From Chloroflexota bacterium (lineage in GTDB: Bacteria; Chloroflexota; Anaerolineae; Caldilineales; Caldilineaceae), in assembly GCA_016861025.1 (NCBI GenBank), contig BOKO01000006.1, positions 106,839 through 170,838 on the forward strand: 64,000 nucleotides of DNA, given 5' to 3'. How positions within the stretch are numbered: position 1 is the first letter of the stretch; the number at the start of each line of letters is the position of its first letter. A program made the position numbers and the translations under genes. Shown here in pieces: positions 46,484-57,084 of this stretch. Under the pieces are notes generated by a model. That model was not told the DNA's origin and searched no databases. It saw only the letters and a list, made by a program, of their open reading frames with translations.

Positions 46484-47327
46484 TACACTTTCCAAACCTG
46501 TAAAAAGCGGCGTCACCCGCGCTTTGCTGCTGCTGGCGCTGCTGGCTGGCGCGCTATATGCGGGGTTTCCGGTTCTGTGGATGATCTCATCCTCATTCAA
46601 ATCGAACACAGAAATTTTCGCCTATCCGCCGCGCCTCATCACCGATTCCTTTTCCCTACGCACCTATGCGTCGGTGCTCTCCAATCCTGAAAAAGTGCGC
46701 TTCTTTCTCAACAGCTACCTGGTTTCCATACTGGTGACCATCTGCACATTGATTGTCGGCGTCTTTGCCGGGTACAGTTTCAGCCGCTACAACTTTAGAT
46801 TCAAAAAGCCGCTGAATATGATCATCATTAGCATCCAGGCTGTGCCGCCGATTACGCTGCTAATCCCATATTTTAGTCTGATCGTGGCGCTTCAATTGTA
46901 TAACACCTATACTGCCCTGGTGCTCACCTACATGGTCTTCACCCTCTCCTACGCCATCATCATGATGACCGGTTACTTCAACACCTTGCCGCGTGAATTA
47001 GATGAGGCCGTGATGATCGACGGCGGCAGTTCCCTTGTCGCCCTCTGGCGGGTGCTCGTCCCGATCTCTCTGCCCGGCATCGTATCGGTGGGCGTCTATA
47101 CCTTTATGATCGCCTGGAACGAGTTCCTGTTTGCCTTGACGCTGACAAAGACAAACGACATGCGCACAGTTCCTGTCGGGATTCAATTGTTGATGGGGCA
47201 ACACTCCTACGAATGGAATGAGATGATGGCAATGAGTGTGCTCGGCTCTTTGCCCGTCTTGCTTCTCTTCCTGTTCTTCCAGCGTTACTTTATCGCCGGA
47301 ATGACCGCAGGATCGGTCAAAGGATAG
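46476..47327 (+). CDS. Sugar ABC transporter permease (MalG/UgpE-like)
   Basis: EAA motif LPRELDEAVMIDG; AWNEFLFAL; FQRYFIAGMTAGSVKG. Confidence 0.93.
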   Translation: MNNTLSKPVKSGVTRALLLLALLAGALYAGFPVLWMISSSFKSNTEIFAYPPRLITDSFSLRTYASVLSNPEKVRFFLNSYLVSILVTICTLIVGVFAGYSFSRYNFRFKKPLNMIIISIQAVPPITLLIPYFSLIVALQLYNTYTALVLTYMVFTLSYAIIMMTGYFNTLPRELDEAVMIDGGSSLVALWRVLVPISLPGIVSVGVYTFMIAWNEFLFALTLTKTNDMRTVPVGIQLLMGQHSYEWNEMMAMSVLGSLPVLLLFLFFQRYFIAGMTAGSVKG

Positions 47328-47431
47328 TAGTGACCGATTCTGTGTTATCAGATAGTTGTTGTTCATCGGTTTGTTTTTTCGATAGTTCGTTTACTTTTAT
47401 GTCATAAAAAGGTTATGGGGGTATATTTCTT

Positions 47432-48295
47432 ATGTTGATGAACATGAAAGATTTGTTGGCTGTGGCGCGCGCACATGACTTCGCGGTTCCAGCCTTCAAT
47501 ATCAGCAGCAATATGTTGCTGACCGGGGTTATGGAAGCTTCGGAAGAAAAACAGTCGCCTGTCATCCTGGCAATCCATCCGGATGAACTGCATTTCGTCC
47601 GCATTTCTTTTGTCAAGGCAGCCATTGAGGAAGCCATCAACGCGTCTATTCCGGTTTGCATTCATCTAGACCATGGCGCATCGGTGGCGCATGTCATAGA
47701 AGCCATTCGCTGCGGCTTCACCTCCGTGATGATCGACGCCTCGGCATATCCACTGGAAGAGAACATTGCAATCTGCAAAAAAGTCGTTGAAATTGCCCAT
47801 GCCGTTAACGTCTCCGTTGAAGGTGAGTTGGGCACCATTGGCACAACCGGCCCAGAAGCGGAAGCTGGTGCAGAAGAAATTATCTACACGAACCCAGATG
47901 ATGTTGTGACCTTTGTAAATGCCACCGGCGTCGATACGCTGGCTGTCGCCATTGGCACCTCCCACGGCATCTACCCAAAGGATAAAAAACCAGAACTTAA
48001 ACTCGAATTGCTGAAGGAAATCCGTTCTCGCGTGGATATCCCGCTAGTCCTGCATGGCGGCTCTGCCAACCCCGATGAAGAAATCGCCGCCGCAGTCAAG
48101 CTCGGCATCAATAAAATCAATATTTCCAGCGACATCAAGGACGCCTTCTATCAGAAATGCCGCGAGGTGTTGGCTAACCCTGTCTTGCGCGAGCCGAATT
48201 CGATCTACCCACCCTGTATCGAGGCGATGAAAAAGGTCGCCCGCTTCAAAATTGACCTGTTCGACGCCACAGGCAAGGCCGCGCTCTACAAATAA
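47432..48295 (+). CDS. Class II ketose-(bis)phosphate aldolase
   Basis: AVPAFN, HLDHG, SVMIDAS, VEGELG, AVAIGTSHG, LVLHGGS, KINI. Confidence 0.93.
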   Translation: MLMNMKDLLAVARAHDFAVPAFNISSNMLLTGVMEASEEKQSPVILAIHPDELHFVRISFVKAAIEEAINASIPVCIHLDHGASVAHVIEAIRCGFTSVMIDASAYPLEENIAICKKVVEIAHAVNVSVEGELGTIGTTGPEAEAGAEEIIYTNPDDVVTFVNATGVDTLAVAIGTSHGIYPKDKKPELKLELLKEIRSRVDIPLVLHGGSANPDEEIAAAVKLGINKINISSDIKDAFYQKCREVLANPVLREPNSIYPPCIEAMKKVARFKIDLFDATGKAALYK

Positions 48296-48333
48296 TAACC
48301 CCGGTCAGCCTTGATTACAGACTAACGGGTATG

Positions 48334-48363
48334 CTTCCAGGAAGTGCAGGAGCTTCCTGGAAG
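48334..48363. repeat. Paired near-palindromes forming an 11-bp hairpin (REP-like)
   Basis: cttccaggaag (48334-48344) and cttcctggaag (48353-48363). Confidence 0.6.
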
Positions 48364-48406
48364 TTGTCACACCCACTCTACGCTTGCAATAGATGACAAA
48401 CGCTTT

Positions 48407-49609
48407 ATGTCAGAACAAATTGCCCTGGGTTTCGGCAACAATGTAGATTACGAGATACTCTGGGATTCCCGCGTCGTGGAAGACTTGATCGTCCGCCACG
48501 ATATCCATGCCAACGAACTGAACCAGGAGCGAGAGATTGATTCAGAGCGCGACCTCGTCATTTCGATTCTATGCTTCTTGCGCTCTGGGAACGGCGGCGA
48601 ACGCTTTGTTGCTTCGTCGGATATTATCGAACGCTTTTCACAACGATTTACAAAGAAAATCACCCTGGGCGGAACGTCGGTGCGCGCTGCGGTGGCGATG
48701 CGCACGCTCGGCTATCGTTCGGCGCTCCATCTCGTCACCATCAACGACCACGTGCGCAGGCTCATTCCAGCCGACAGCTTTTATGTGTGCAGCAATTCAC
48801 AAGACACCCTCTACCCACATCTGATTGTGCAGTTCGACGAAGGAACGCGGGTGTGCGCCAACGATATCGACATTCGCAGCAATCGCGCCAACCGCATTAT
48901 CTATCACAACGACACCGACAACATTCGTATGCACCTGAACGAGGAGTTCGCACAGCTAGTCACGAACGCAAAGGTGCTGCTGGTTGCCGGTTTCAATGCG
49001 ATGCAAGACCGCACCCTCCTGCTCGACAGACTGCACACTGTGTTGCGCATCATGCAACACCTGCCCAAAGACGCCCTGGTCTATTGTGAAGATGCCGGTT
49101 TCTATGACCCGAGCTTCCGAAAGCTGATCTATACCACCTTAGCCGGTCGCATCAACATCTACGGCTTGAACGAGGACGAGCTTCAGTCACATCTGGGTAG
49201 AAATCTGAATCTGCTAGATGCTGAGCAGATGAAAACGGCGTTGGAAGATCTGCACCAACTGATTGGCGTCCCACACATCGTCGTGCATTCCATGCACTGG
49301 GCGCTCGCCTATGGCGAAAACGCAGAAAACATGACAAACGCACTCAAAGGCGGTGTGACAATGGCGACCACACGGTTTCGCTACGGCGATGACTTCACAC
49401 CAGAGAATTACAGGGAAGTGGAGGAGCTGCCGCCCAACCCCAAAGGCTTTGCCTTTAGCAGAGCGATCAAACTGCTCCTGGGCAGTAAAATTTGCTGCAC
49501 CCCAGTCGCACAGGTTGACCAGACAAACGCAACGACGGTGGGTCTCGGCGACGCGTTTGTTGGCGGCTTTTTGCCCGGGCTATTACCCTCAGCAGCCAGA
49601 TCATGGTAA
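48407..49609 (+). CDS. ADP-dependent glucokinase/phosphofructokinase-family kinase
   Basis: IALGFGNNVD, LGGTSVRAA, YGLNEDEL, C-terminal TTVGLGDAFVGG anion-hole motif. Confidence 0.85.
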   Translation: MSEQIALGFGNNVDYEILWDSRVVEDLIVRHDIHANELNQEREIDSERDLVISILCFLRSGNGGERFVASSDIIERFSQRFTKKITLGGTSVRAAVAMRTLGYRSALHLVTINDHVRRLIPADSFYVCSNSQDTLYPHLIVQFDEGTRVCANDIDIRSNRANRIIYHNDTDNIRMHLNEEFAQLVTNAKVLLVAGFNAMQDRTLLLDRLHTVLRIMQHLPKDALVYCEDAGFYDPSFRKLIYTTLAGRINIYGLNEDELQSHLGRNLNLLDAEQMKTALEDLHQLIGVPHIVVHSMHWALAYGENAENMTNALKGGVTMATTRFRYGDDFTPENYREVEELPPNPKGFAFSRAIKLLLGSKICCTPVAQVDQTNATTVGLGDAFVGGFLPGLLPSAARSW

Positions 49610-49858
49610 ACTGCTGCCGACTGGCTGCGCACAAAATTTTCGTCCAAGGAGGAAATGCCGATGGCGCACCGCCTTTACCGCAAGGTTGACGCCGCCCTCC
49701 TCTTGATTTCCACATTGTGCGATTGTAGCCAACCCGACGACAAACGATTTCAACCGAAGCCGCGGTTGCGTGCACTCCTCTCTTGTGCTACCTTTGACCA
49801 CCAGAAAATGACACGCGTAGACCACTAACACTAAAGAGACGAAGATGGAGAATGATTG

Positions 49859-51106
49859 ATGGCAGTTTCGCCTGCGCCGCAGCCCAAGCTGAACTACGCC
49901 GCCTGGCCCGATGAATCTGGTCACTTCGGCCCCTATGGCGGCAAATTCGTGCCGGAAACATTGATGCCCGCCCTCGACGAGCTAGAGGAGGTCTACCTCA
50001 AGTCGCGGCTTGACAAAGAGTTTCAAGCCGAGCTTGACCATCTGTTGCGCACCTTTGTAGGTCGTCCAACGCCGATCACCTATGCGCAACGTCTGACTCG
50101 ATATTTTGGCGGGCCGCGTATCTACATCAAGCGCGAAGACCTGGCGCACACCGGCGCACACAAAATCAACAATGCATTGGGCCAGGCGCTGCTGATGAAA
50201 CGCAAGATGAACAAAACGCGCATCGTTGCCGAAACCGGCGCCGGTCAGCACGGCGTCGCCACCGCCACTGCCGCCGCGATGCTCGGCATTGAGTGCGTGG
50301 TCTACATGGGCGCCGTTGATATGGCGCGGCAGGAGCCAAATGTCTACCGGATGCGGCTGTTGGGTGCAGAGGTGCGCAAGGTCGATTCAGGCAGCAAGAC
50401 GCTCAAGGACGCCATCAACGACGCCATCCGCGATTGGGTCACCAATGTACGCAACACCCATTATTTGCTCGGCAGCGCGCTTGGCCCACATCCCTACCCG
50501 ACGATGGTGCGCGACTTCCAGAGCGTCATCGGACGTGAGGCGCTGCGCCAGATGCTCGACCCGGAGATCGGACCGGGACGTCTGCCCGATGCAATTGTGG
50601 CGTGCGTCGGCGGCGGCTCCAACGCCATCGGAATCTTCCATCCATTTCTCGAATACGAAAGCGTGCGACTGATCGGCGTGGAAGCCGGTGGGCGCGGCAT
50701 TGAGGGCGGTGAACACGCCGCACGCTTCGCCGATCCCAAACTGGGGCGGCTTGGCGTGCTGCAGGGCACAAAGAGTTACGTCTTGCAGGACGAAGACGGC
50801 CAGATCGCACTCACGCACAGCATCAGCGCAGGTCTCGACTACGCCAGCGTCGGGCCGGAGCATGCCTGGCTACGCGACCAGGGGCGCACCGAATACACCT
50901 ACGCCACCGACGAAGCTGCACTGGAGGGCGTTAAACTGCTCAGTCGCTTCGAGGGCATCATCCCTGCGCTGGAAAGCGCCCACGCCGTCGCCCATCTTGT
51001 CGAACTGACGCCGCAGATGAGCAAAGATCAGGTGATCCTGGTCAACCTCAGCGGTCGCGGCGACAAAGATTTGAGCACGATTATGAAGGAGTTAGGTTCG
51101 TTATGA
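49859..51106 (+). CDS. trpB: Tryptophan synthase beta subunit
   Basis: [51 protein letters not shown]. Confidence 0.98.
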   Translation: MAVSPAPQPKLNYAAWPDESGHFGPYGGKFVPETLMPALDELEEVYLKSRLDKEFQAELDHLLRTFVGRPTPITYAQRLTRYFGGPRIYIKREDLAHTGAHKINNALGQALLMKRKMNKTRIVAETGAGQHGVATATAAAMLGIECVVYMGAVDMARQEPNVYRMRLLGAEVRKVDSGSKTLKDAINDAIRDWVTNVRNTHYLLGSALGPHPYPTMVRDFQSVIGREALRQMLDPEIGPGRLPDAIVACVGGGSNAIGIFHPFLEYESVRLIGVEAGGRGIEGGEHAARFADPKLGRLGVLQGTKSYVLQDEDGQIALTHSISAGLDYASVGPEHAWLRDQGRTEYTYATDEAALEGVKLLSRFEGIIPALESAHAVAHLVELTPQMSKDQVILVNLSGRGDKDLSTIMKELGSL

Positions 51107-51912
51107 CCGGCGTCGAACGGATTGAAGCAGTCTTTGCCAAAGCCAGAGCGGAGCAGCGCGCCGTCTTTATGCCTTATCAAGCGATGGGCTATCCCGACCG
51201 CGCCCGAACGCTGGAAATAATTCGCACGTTGGGCGATGTCGGCGCCGAACTTTTCGAGATCGGCATCCCACACAGCGACCCCCTGGCGGACGGCCCCACG
51301 ATCCAGACCGCCACCTACACCGCATTGATGCAGGGCGCCACCGTCAAGGATTGCCTGGCGATGACGCGCGAGTTACGCGCCGCAGGCATGACGCAACCCT
51401 TCTGTGCAATGACCTATTACAACCCGCTCTTCGCCTACGGCGTGCAGCGTTTTGTCGAGGACGCCGTCGCCGCCGGGATCGATGGCTTGATTGTGCCCGA
51501 TCTCCCACCGGAGGAGGCTGAAGAGCTGGAGATTGCCTGTCGTCACGCCGGGCTGGCGACGATCTACCTGCTGGCGCCAACCAGCACCGACGAACGCATT
51601 CGCTATGTCGCCAGCCACTGCACCGGCTTCATCTATCTGGTGAGCGTCACCGGCATCACCGGCGCACGCAGCGAGCTGCCGCCCGACCTCGCCGATTTTG
51701 TGATGCGCGTGCGCAAACACACTTCTTTGCCGCTGGCCGTCGGGTTTGGCATTGCAACGGGCGAACAAGCTGCAGCGGTGGCGGGAATGGCCGACGGCGT
51801 GATCGTCGGCTCCGCGCTGGTGAAGGCAGCTTCCCATGAAGATGGCGTGACGCGCGTCGCTGCGCTTGCATCGGAACTGGTCAGGGGAACGCGCGCTCCA
51901 GCCCTTGCATGA
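51103..51912 (+). CDS. trpA: Tryptophan synthase alpha subunit
   Basis: [51 protein letters not shown]; ATGA overlap with trpB. Confidence 0.97.
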   Translation: MTGVERIEAVFAKARAEQRAVFMPYQAMGYPDRARTLEIIRTLGDVGAELFEIGIPHSDPLADGPTIQTATYTALMQGATVKDCLAMTRELRAAGMTQPFCAMTYYNPLFAYGVQRFVEDAVAAGIDGLIVPDLPPEEAEELEIACRHAGLATIYLLAPTSTDERIRYVASHCTGFIYLVSVTGITGARSELPPDLADFVMRVRKHTSLPLAVGFGIATGEQAAAVAGMADGVIVGSALVKAASHEDGVTRVAALASELVRGTRAPALA

Positions 51913-51934
51913 ATCTTTACCCACGCACCTCAAA

Positions 51935-51980
51935 AACAAGGACGCCGCTCCAGGAGTGCCTCTGGAGCGGCGTCCTTGTT
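51935..51980. terminator. Probable bidirectional intrinsic terminator
   Basis: Perfect 19-bp stem aacaaggacgccgctccag / ctggagcggcgtccttgtt between trpA and a convergent small gene. Confidence 0.8.
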
Positions 51981-52145
51981 ATTTGATTATCAACGGCCAG
52001 CGCGCCAGGTGCGCCGGCGTTCCCATTCAGGACTATCGAAACCGTCCGTGCTGTCCTCTGCATAGAACCAGACAAGAAGCTCAAACACAAGCACAGCAAG
52101 CACCCAAATCGCCACAGTCGTCATCGCAGCCCCCTTTTTTACCTG

Positions 52146-52370
52146 CTAACCAGCCCCTTCGACGCAATCCACAGCCGGCTTTCCAAAAGATTCCAGCCTG
52201 ACGCCCGTCCACACCATCGCTCGCCCTGTCGCCCGCATCATCGCAAACACGACGTCTGAGCCAATCCCTCCATACGCTCTTGTCCGTCTGAGAGTGCGCA
52301 GAAGTCGTTCATTCTCCGCCTCGCGCAGCAAATCCTTGCGCCGTTCCAGATAATACTCCCACTCCCACAT
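52146..52370 (-). CDS. Small protein (74 aa), 'DLLREAENERLL...GVRLESFG' type
   Basis: ATG 52370; resembles ORF 19691-19933; divergent from the CGNR regulator. Confidence 0.7.
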   Translation of the reverse strand: MWEWEYYLERRKDLLREAENERLLRTLRRTRAYGGIGSDVVFAMMRATGRAMVWTGVRLESFGKPAVDCVEGAG

Positions 52371-52424
52371 CTGCCGCCCCCTGTGATAATCTGCCACCCC
52401 GAAGAACACCGTCAAAAATTAGTT

Positions 52425-52485
52425 TTGATAGTTACAATTGTATCACACCAATCGTAACCTGTCAATGCATATATTGATAGTTACA
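52425..52485. promoter_or_regulatory. Candidate operator repeats between the small gene and the CGNR regulator
   Basis: ttgatagttaca at 52425-52436 and 52474-52485; inverted variant gtaacctgtcaa at 52454-52465. Confidence 0.55.
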
Positions 52486-52685
52486 TCATTTTGATGTATG
52501 CTGAGTGTCAAGAAAAGATCGCCTTTATGGTTCGACCTTTTTGCGTTCGATGCTAGGTCGATTCTGATGGATGGAGGCCGGGAAGTCACTCAAAATCTTG
52601 CGCCGCAATGTGGCGCAACACGCAGCAATTGCAAAATCAACACAAAAAAACAGTGTACGGAAAGCTAAGAGGATGTTGCCTGACA

Positions 52686-53327
52686 ATGGTGGAAAGTGAA
52701 CTAAATAATGATGCCCACAATCATTTCAAGCATCTAAAAACTGTGGGGGGCGCACTATGTCTTGATTTTGTGAACACAGTCGGCGCCCGCGACACTCCAA
52801 CGCCAACCGAGCGTCTCCACACCTATGAGGAGCTGGCGGCTTGGGCGGAGCGAGTGGCAATTCTTTCGCCCGAACAGGGGGCTCAGCTTCGGGCTGACGC
52901 TGCACATCGAGCAACAGAGGCGGAGGAGACGCTGCGGCGTGCGCTTTCGCTGCGCGAGGCGTTGTTTCGCATTTTTGCGGCTGTGGCGGAAGGCGCCGAC
53001 GCCGACGCCGATGACCTGGCGCTGCTCAACGACAACATCGCGGCAAGTTACTCCAATTTACGCCTGATGTCGGCGGATGGGGCGCGGTTCACTTGGGGGT
53101 GGCGGCAAGACGCTGGCGAGTTTGCCTGCGTGCTGTGGCCCATCGTGTGGTCGGCTGCCGAATTGCTCACAACGGGTGATCTGGCGCGCGTGCGTATGTG
53201 TCAGCATGAGCACTGTGGCTGGATGTTCATCGATCGCAGCAAAAACCGCAGCCGGCGCTGGTGCGACATGAAAGAGTGCGGAAACGTAGAAAAAGTGCGC
53301 CGATATCGGCGCAAACAGAAGCCATAA
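52686..53327 (+). CDS. ABATE + CGNR zinc-finger regulator
   Basis: GGALCLDFVNT; C-terminal C...C.WMFIDRSKNRSRRWCDMKECGNVEK. Confidence 0.93.
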   Translation: MVESELNNDAHNHFKHLKTVGGALCLDFVNTVGARDTPTPTERLHTYEELAAWAERVAILSPEQGAQLRADAAHRATEAEETLRRALSLREALFRIFAAVAEGADADADDLALLNDNIAASYSNLRLMSADGARFTWGWRQDAGEFACVLWPIVWSAAELLTTGDLARVRMCQHEHCGWMFIDRSKNRSRRWCDMKECGNVEKVRRYRRKQKP

Positions 53328-53377
53328 CGAAAGTGTCCGTCTCGCCAGACCAGCGCAATAGAAAACGCCAGGGATCG

Positions 53378-54418
53378 TCAGCCGATCACAGCCTGCAGCA
53401 CGCGCAGCCAGTTGCGATATAACACCTTCTCGATCTCTTCGTCGTGAAAGCCGCGTTCGATCAGGCGTCGCGTCAGGTTTCTGGCGTGGCTGTGATTGGT
53501 CAAGCCAGGCGGCTGGTGCGTCTGGATCATGGCGGCGGCGACGGCAGCCTGTTGCTCCGGCGTCCAGTGACGGAAGAGAAACTCGATGAAGTCGAAACCG
53601 ATGCCCACAGCGTCGATGCCGGCCAGATCGGCAATGTAGATGATGTGATCGACGTAGTGATCGATGGTCGCCATCTCTTTTTGTGAAGAAAGCAGCACGG
53701 CGTTGACGCCGATCACGCCGCCGCGTTCGCCCACAGCGCGTAAATGCGCGTCGCTGGTGTTGCGTTCGATGTCGTGAAAGCGGCGCGGGTTGGTGTGCGA
53801 AATGATCAGGGGACCGTCCGTCAGCGCCAGCACATCGTCTGTGCCTGCTGGATTGAGATGCGCCAGGTCGAGAAGGATGCCAAGCCGCTGACACTCCTGC
53901 ACAACGGCCTTGCCAAAAGGACTCAAGCCGGCCGGTGAAGAGCCTGACGGCGCAAAGACGCCGCCGTCGCCAGCCGCATTGCGCCGCGCGTGGGTCAATC
54001 CGAGGCTGCGCACGGCAAGTTCATAAAAAACGCGCAGCAGATGCAAGTCTGTTCCCAGCGGCTCGACGCCTTCCATTGTGATCAGCACACCGATCTTGCC
54101 TGCAGCGCGCGCCTGAACGATGTCGGCGTAGCTGCGGCAGATCGTCACGTCATCGACTGCCAGCGCTGCTTCCTCATAGAGCCGGGCGATCTGATCAAGC
54201 GCAACGCGTAGCCCCATCTCGGGCAGGTGTCTGTCTTCGATAAACAACGCAGCGCCGATCAGCCCGACGCCGCCAGCGCGCAATTCTGGCACGAACTCGT
54301 TGCGCAGCAACCCGCGCTGGTGACGCCGGTCATACAGATCGAGCGGGAGGTCGAAGTGCATATCGACGATGCCGGATGCGTGAAATCGATCTATCCGCAA
54401 ATCAACTGAACTTTCCAT
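53378..54418 (-). CDS. Membrane dipeptidase (M19) family protein
   Basis: VDMHFD, ITMEG, LTHARRN, DLAHL, ISHTN, GIGFDF, IEKVLYRNWLRV. Confidence 0.9.
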   Translation of the reverse strand: MESSVDLRIDRFHASGIVDMHFDLPLDLYDRRHQRGLLRNEFVPELRAGGVGLIGAALFIEDRHLPEMGLRVALDQIARLYEEAALAVDDVTICRSYADIVQARAAGKIGVLITMEGVEPLGTDLHLLRVFYELAVRSLGLTHARRNAAGDGGVFAPSGSSPAGLSPFGKAVVQECQRLGILLDLAHLNPAGTDDVLALTDGPLIISHTNPRRFHDIERNTSDAHLRAVGERGGVIGVNAVLLSSQKEMATIDHYVDHIIYIADLAGIDAVGIGFDFIEFLFRHWTPEQQAAVAAAMIQTHQPPGLTNHSHARNLTRRLIERGFHDEEIEKVLYRNWLRVLQAVIG

Positions 54419-54694
54419 CGTTGCGCCTTCTCATGTAGTTGAGAACAGCCAAAGCGCTGTTTGCTTTCTATCATTTCTAATTGCATTGGCAACATACGCC
54501 ATCCGGCGATAAATTTGCTCCGTAAGAATACATCGAACAGCCGACATAGTTACAATCAGGCGCTGCATGTTACAATGTTTTTTCTTGATCAAAATCAAAT
54601 AGAGATTTCTAGTGTGCGGCGTCAAATTTTCTGGAAAGCGAGCCGCTTTTCAATGTTCGGCCAAAATGCCGGACATCATCTTACAAACAGGCAA

Positions 54695-55642
54695 ATGCTC
54701 ATGTCTTCAACACGCACCGGATTGCAGGCCCGTTTCACCGGCTGGACGCAATCACAGCCGCAGATTCGCATCGGATGGGCGCTGGCGATTTTCGCCACAA
54801 TCTCGTTCAGCATGGCGCCGCCGCTCGTGCGCTTTGCGATTGTCGACGGCTTCGACCCAACGACCTTGCTCCTCCTGCGCATGCTCATTGCGTCGACGAT
54901 GCTCGGTCTCACGCTGGCGGCGATGGATTGGCGGAAGTTGCAGATGCCGCGCCACGGTGTTGCATCCAGCGCGTTGGTCGGCGCCATCAACGCCGCCGGT
55001 ATGATGATCTTCTTCACCGCGCTCGGTCTGCTGGAGGCTTCGTTAGCCTCGATGATTCTGGCGCTCAGCCCGCCGATCGTGCTTAGTTTGTTGGCTTTAC
55101 GTGGCGAGCGGTTGACGCAACGCCATCTTGTACGGCTGGCGCTGGCGCTGGTTGGCGTCTATCTGCTGGTTGGGCCGACGGGCGAGGTCAACTGGCTGGG
55201 GGCGGGACTGGCTCTGCTGGCGACGCTTCTCTTTTCGCTGCAAATGGCGTTGACTCAATGGACGCTGGTCAGCTACCCGACGCGCACCGTGGCCTTCTAT
55301 GTCACTTTGTCGATGACGGTCTGTGTGGCGGTATGGTGGTTGCTGCGCGGCGCGCCCTGGAGTGCGCCGTCAGTCAGCGGCTGGATCGTCGTGATCGTGC
55401 TTGCCGTGGTCAGCACCTACATCGCACGTCTGACCTTCTTCGCCGCCATAGGACGCATCGGCGGCGCACAGGTTTCGCTGCTCGGACCGCTGGAAACGTT
55501 GCTCAGCGTCATCTGGTCGATCCTTTTCTTGCATGAACGACTGGCGCCAGCGCAGTTTGTCGGCGGCGCCCTGATTCTCGCCAGTGCGCTGTTGGCGGTG
55601 CAACGGCTGGGGCGGGTCAACCTGCGCCTGCCGCGCCGCTGA
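54695..55642 (+). CDS. EamA/DMT-family transporter
   Basis: About 10 TM helices in two repeats; LEPL-like '[19 protein letters not shown]'. The longer upstream extension in the ORF track is unlikely. Confidence 0.9.
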   Translation: MLMSSTRTGLQARFTGWTQSQPQIRIGWALAIFATISFSMAPPLVRFAIVDGFDPTTLLLLRMLIASTMLGLTLAAMDWRKLQMPRHGVASSALVGAINAAGMMIFFTALGLLEASLASMILALSPPIVLSLLALRGERLTQRHLVRLALALVGVYLLVGPTGEVNWLGAGLALLATLLFSLQMALTQWTLVSYPTRTVAFYVTLSMTVCVAVWWLLRGAPWSAPSVSGWIVVIVLAVVSTYIARLTFFAAIGRIGGAQVSLLGPLETLLSVIWSILFLHERLAPAQFVGGALILASALLAVQRLGRVNLRLPRR

Positions 55643-55661
55643 GCGCCTGCAAGCCAGAGAG

Positions 55662-56024
55662 CTACAAAAGAAACGAAGCGACCATTCCCAACACGATCAG
55701 GTGCATCGTCTGGTCGACGACGATGCGCACATAGTCGGTCTGGGTCTGGTTAATAAATCGTCCCCACAGATCGGCAAGATTGAATCCGTCGATCAACCAG
55801 TGAGAAATGAGAATCGTGACGAAAACGAGCCCAAGCTGCGACGGCGAAATCACGCTGTGGCCGACGAACCAGGCGACCGACGCCACTGCGACTGTGTAAA
55901 CGAGGCAATGCACAACACATTCAAGGCTCCACCACCGACCGCGCTTGTTGCGCGCCATCCAATCAGTCTGGAGCATCCAATCCCCAATCAGGTGGCCTAG
56001 CAACAGCCACGGGAAAATTAACAT
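55662..56024 (-). CDS. DUF3307-like small membrane protein
   Basis: [30 protein letters not shown]. Confidence 0.85.
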   Translation of the reverse strand: MLIFPWLLLGHLIGDWMLQTDWMARNKRGRWWSLECVVHCLVYTVAVASVAWFVGHSVISPSQLGLVFVTILISHWLIDGFNLADLWGRFINQTQTDYVRIVVDQTMHLIVLGMVASFLL

Positions 56025-56210
56025 GAACACCTTTGTTTCTCGCTCCGGTGACGCACCCCTCACGATGACGCACAAACGTCAGCGCACCCATTGCTACGCT
56101 TTAAGATGTCAAATGTTGCGCCGTCAGGATTGCAGAACGTCGCACATTGCACCATAATCGAGTCTGACAACAAAGCTGACAGGCTGCCGCATGAAAATAC
56201 ACAAACAGGC

Positions 56211-56226
56211 TGTGAAGTTCTGCACA
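56211..56226. promoter_or_regulatory. CRP-box-like site
   Basis: TGTGA-agttct-GCACA, a 9/10 match to TGTGA-N6-TCACA, 64 nt upstream of the Crp/Fnr gene. Confidence 0.55.
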
Positions 56227-56289
56227 ACACTGTAGCTGATTGCGCCATCGTACTATTTATGAAGAATTCGTATCCTTTGGGAGGCAAAC

Positions 56290-57030
56290 GTGCGCGAAGA
56301 GGCACTGGCCCGGCGAATCGCTCTTTTGCAAAGTATGCCATTGTTTGGCGCTTTACCAGAAAAAGAGATCGAAACGATTGTTTACGATCTACGTCTACGT
56401 GAGTATGAACGTGATGACATTATTTTTCGACAAGGCGACGAAAGCCGCGAAGTCTACTTTGTGCTTAAGGGCAAAGTGCGGATTTTTACGACCAGCCCAT
56501 CCGGGGCTGAAACATCCATTGCGATCTTTTCGACCAACGACGTGATCGGCGAGCTGGCTGCTGTAGATTACGAGCCACGTTCGGCCACGGCCAAGGCAAT
56601 CACAGCGGTGTCGCTGTTGAGCATGACGCAAGAGCGCTTTCTCTATCACCTGGAGACGATGCCGCGCTTTGCGATGGCTTTCATCCGGCTGCTGGCGGGC
56701 AAACTGCGTTGGACAGCGGCTTACGCCGAATCGATCGCCCAATATGACGCCGCCGGCAGGCTGCTGCATATTATTTTGCAAGCCAACGCACACTATGGTC
56801 GTGAGGTGACGCCAAACAAGGAGTACATCGTCGATCTCAGCCTGAATCAGACCGACCTGGCATCGATGATCGGCGCCCGCCGCGAGTGGGTCAACCGCAT
56901 TCTGAACGACTGGCGACGCCGCGGCTTGCTGGAGTTCGACAACGGCGTCATTCATATCCTTGACCTGCCGCGCGCGGTGGCGGAGCGCGACAGCCGCATC
57001 GAAGCTTATCGCAGCAACGCCGACTGGTAG
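56290..57030 (+). CDS. Crp/Fnr-family transcriptional regulator
   Basis: GTG after ggagg; cNMP domain IFRQGD...IGELAA...PRSATA; HTH '[20 protein letters not shown]'. Confidence 0.95.
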   Translation: MREEALARRIALLQSMPLFGALPEKEIETIVYDLRLREYERDDIIFRQGDESREVYFVLKGKVRIFTTSPSGAETSIAIFSTNDVIGELAAVDYEPRSATAKAITAVSLLSMTQERFLYHLETMPRFAMAFIRLLAGKLRWTAAYAESIAQYDAAGRLLHIILQANAHYGREVTPNKEYIVDLSLNQTDLASMIGARREWVNRILNDWRRRGLLEFDNGVIHILDLPRAVAERDSRIEAYRSNADW

Positions 57031-57084
57031 AAAGTGCGAGGATTCGCCCCCTTTCCTCGCCGGATTTCGCTTGAGGGGGGAACC

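Noticed and set aside
49646-49729. trp attenuator leader peptide (AAGGAGG + 22-24-codon ORF upstream of trpB)
   Set aside because: No Trp codons and no terminator/antiterminator pair seen; it may be a small ORF but there is no support.
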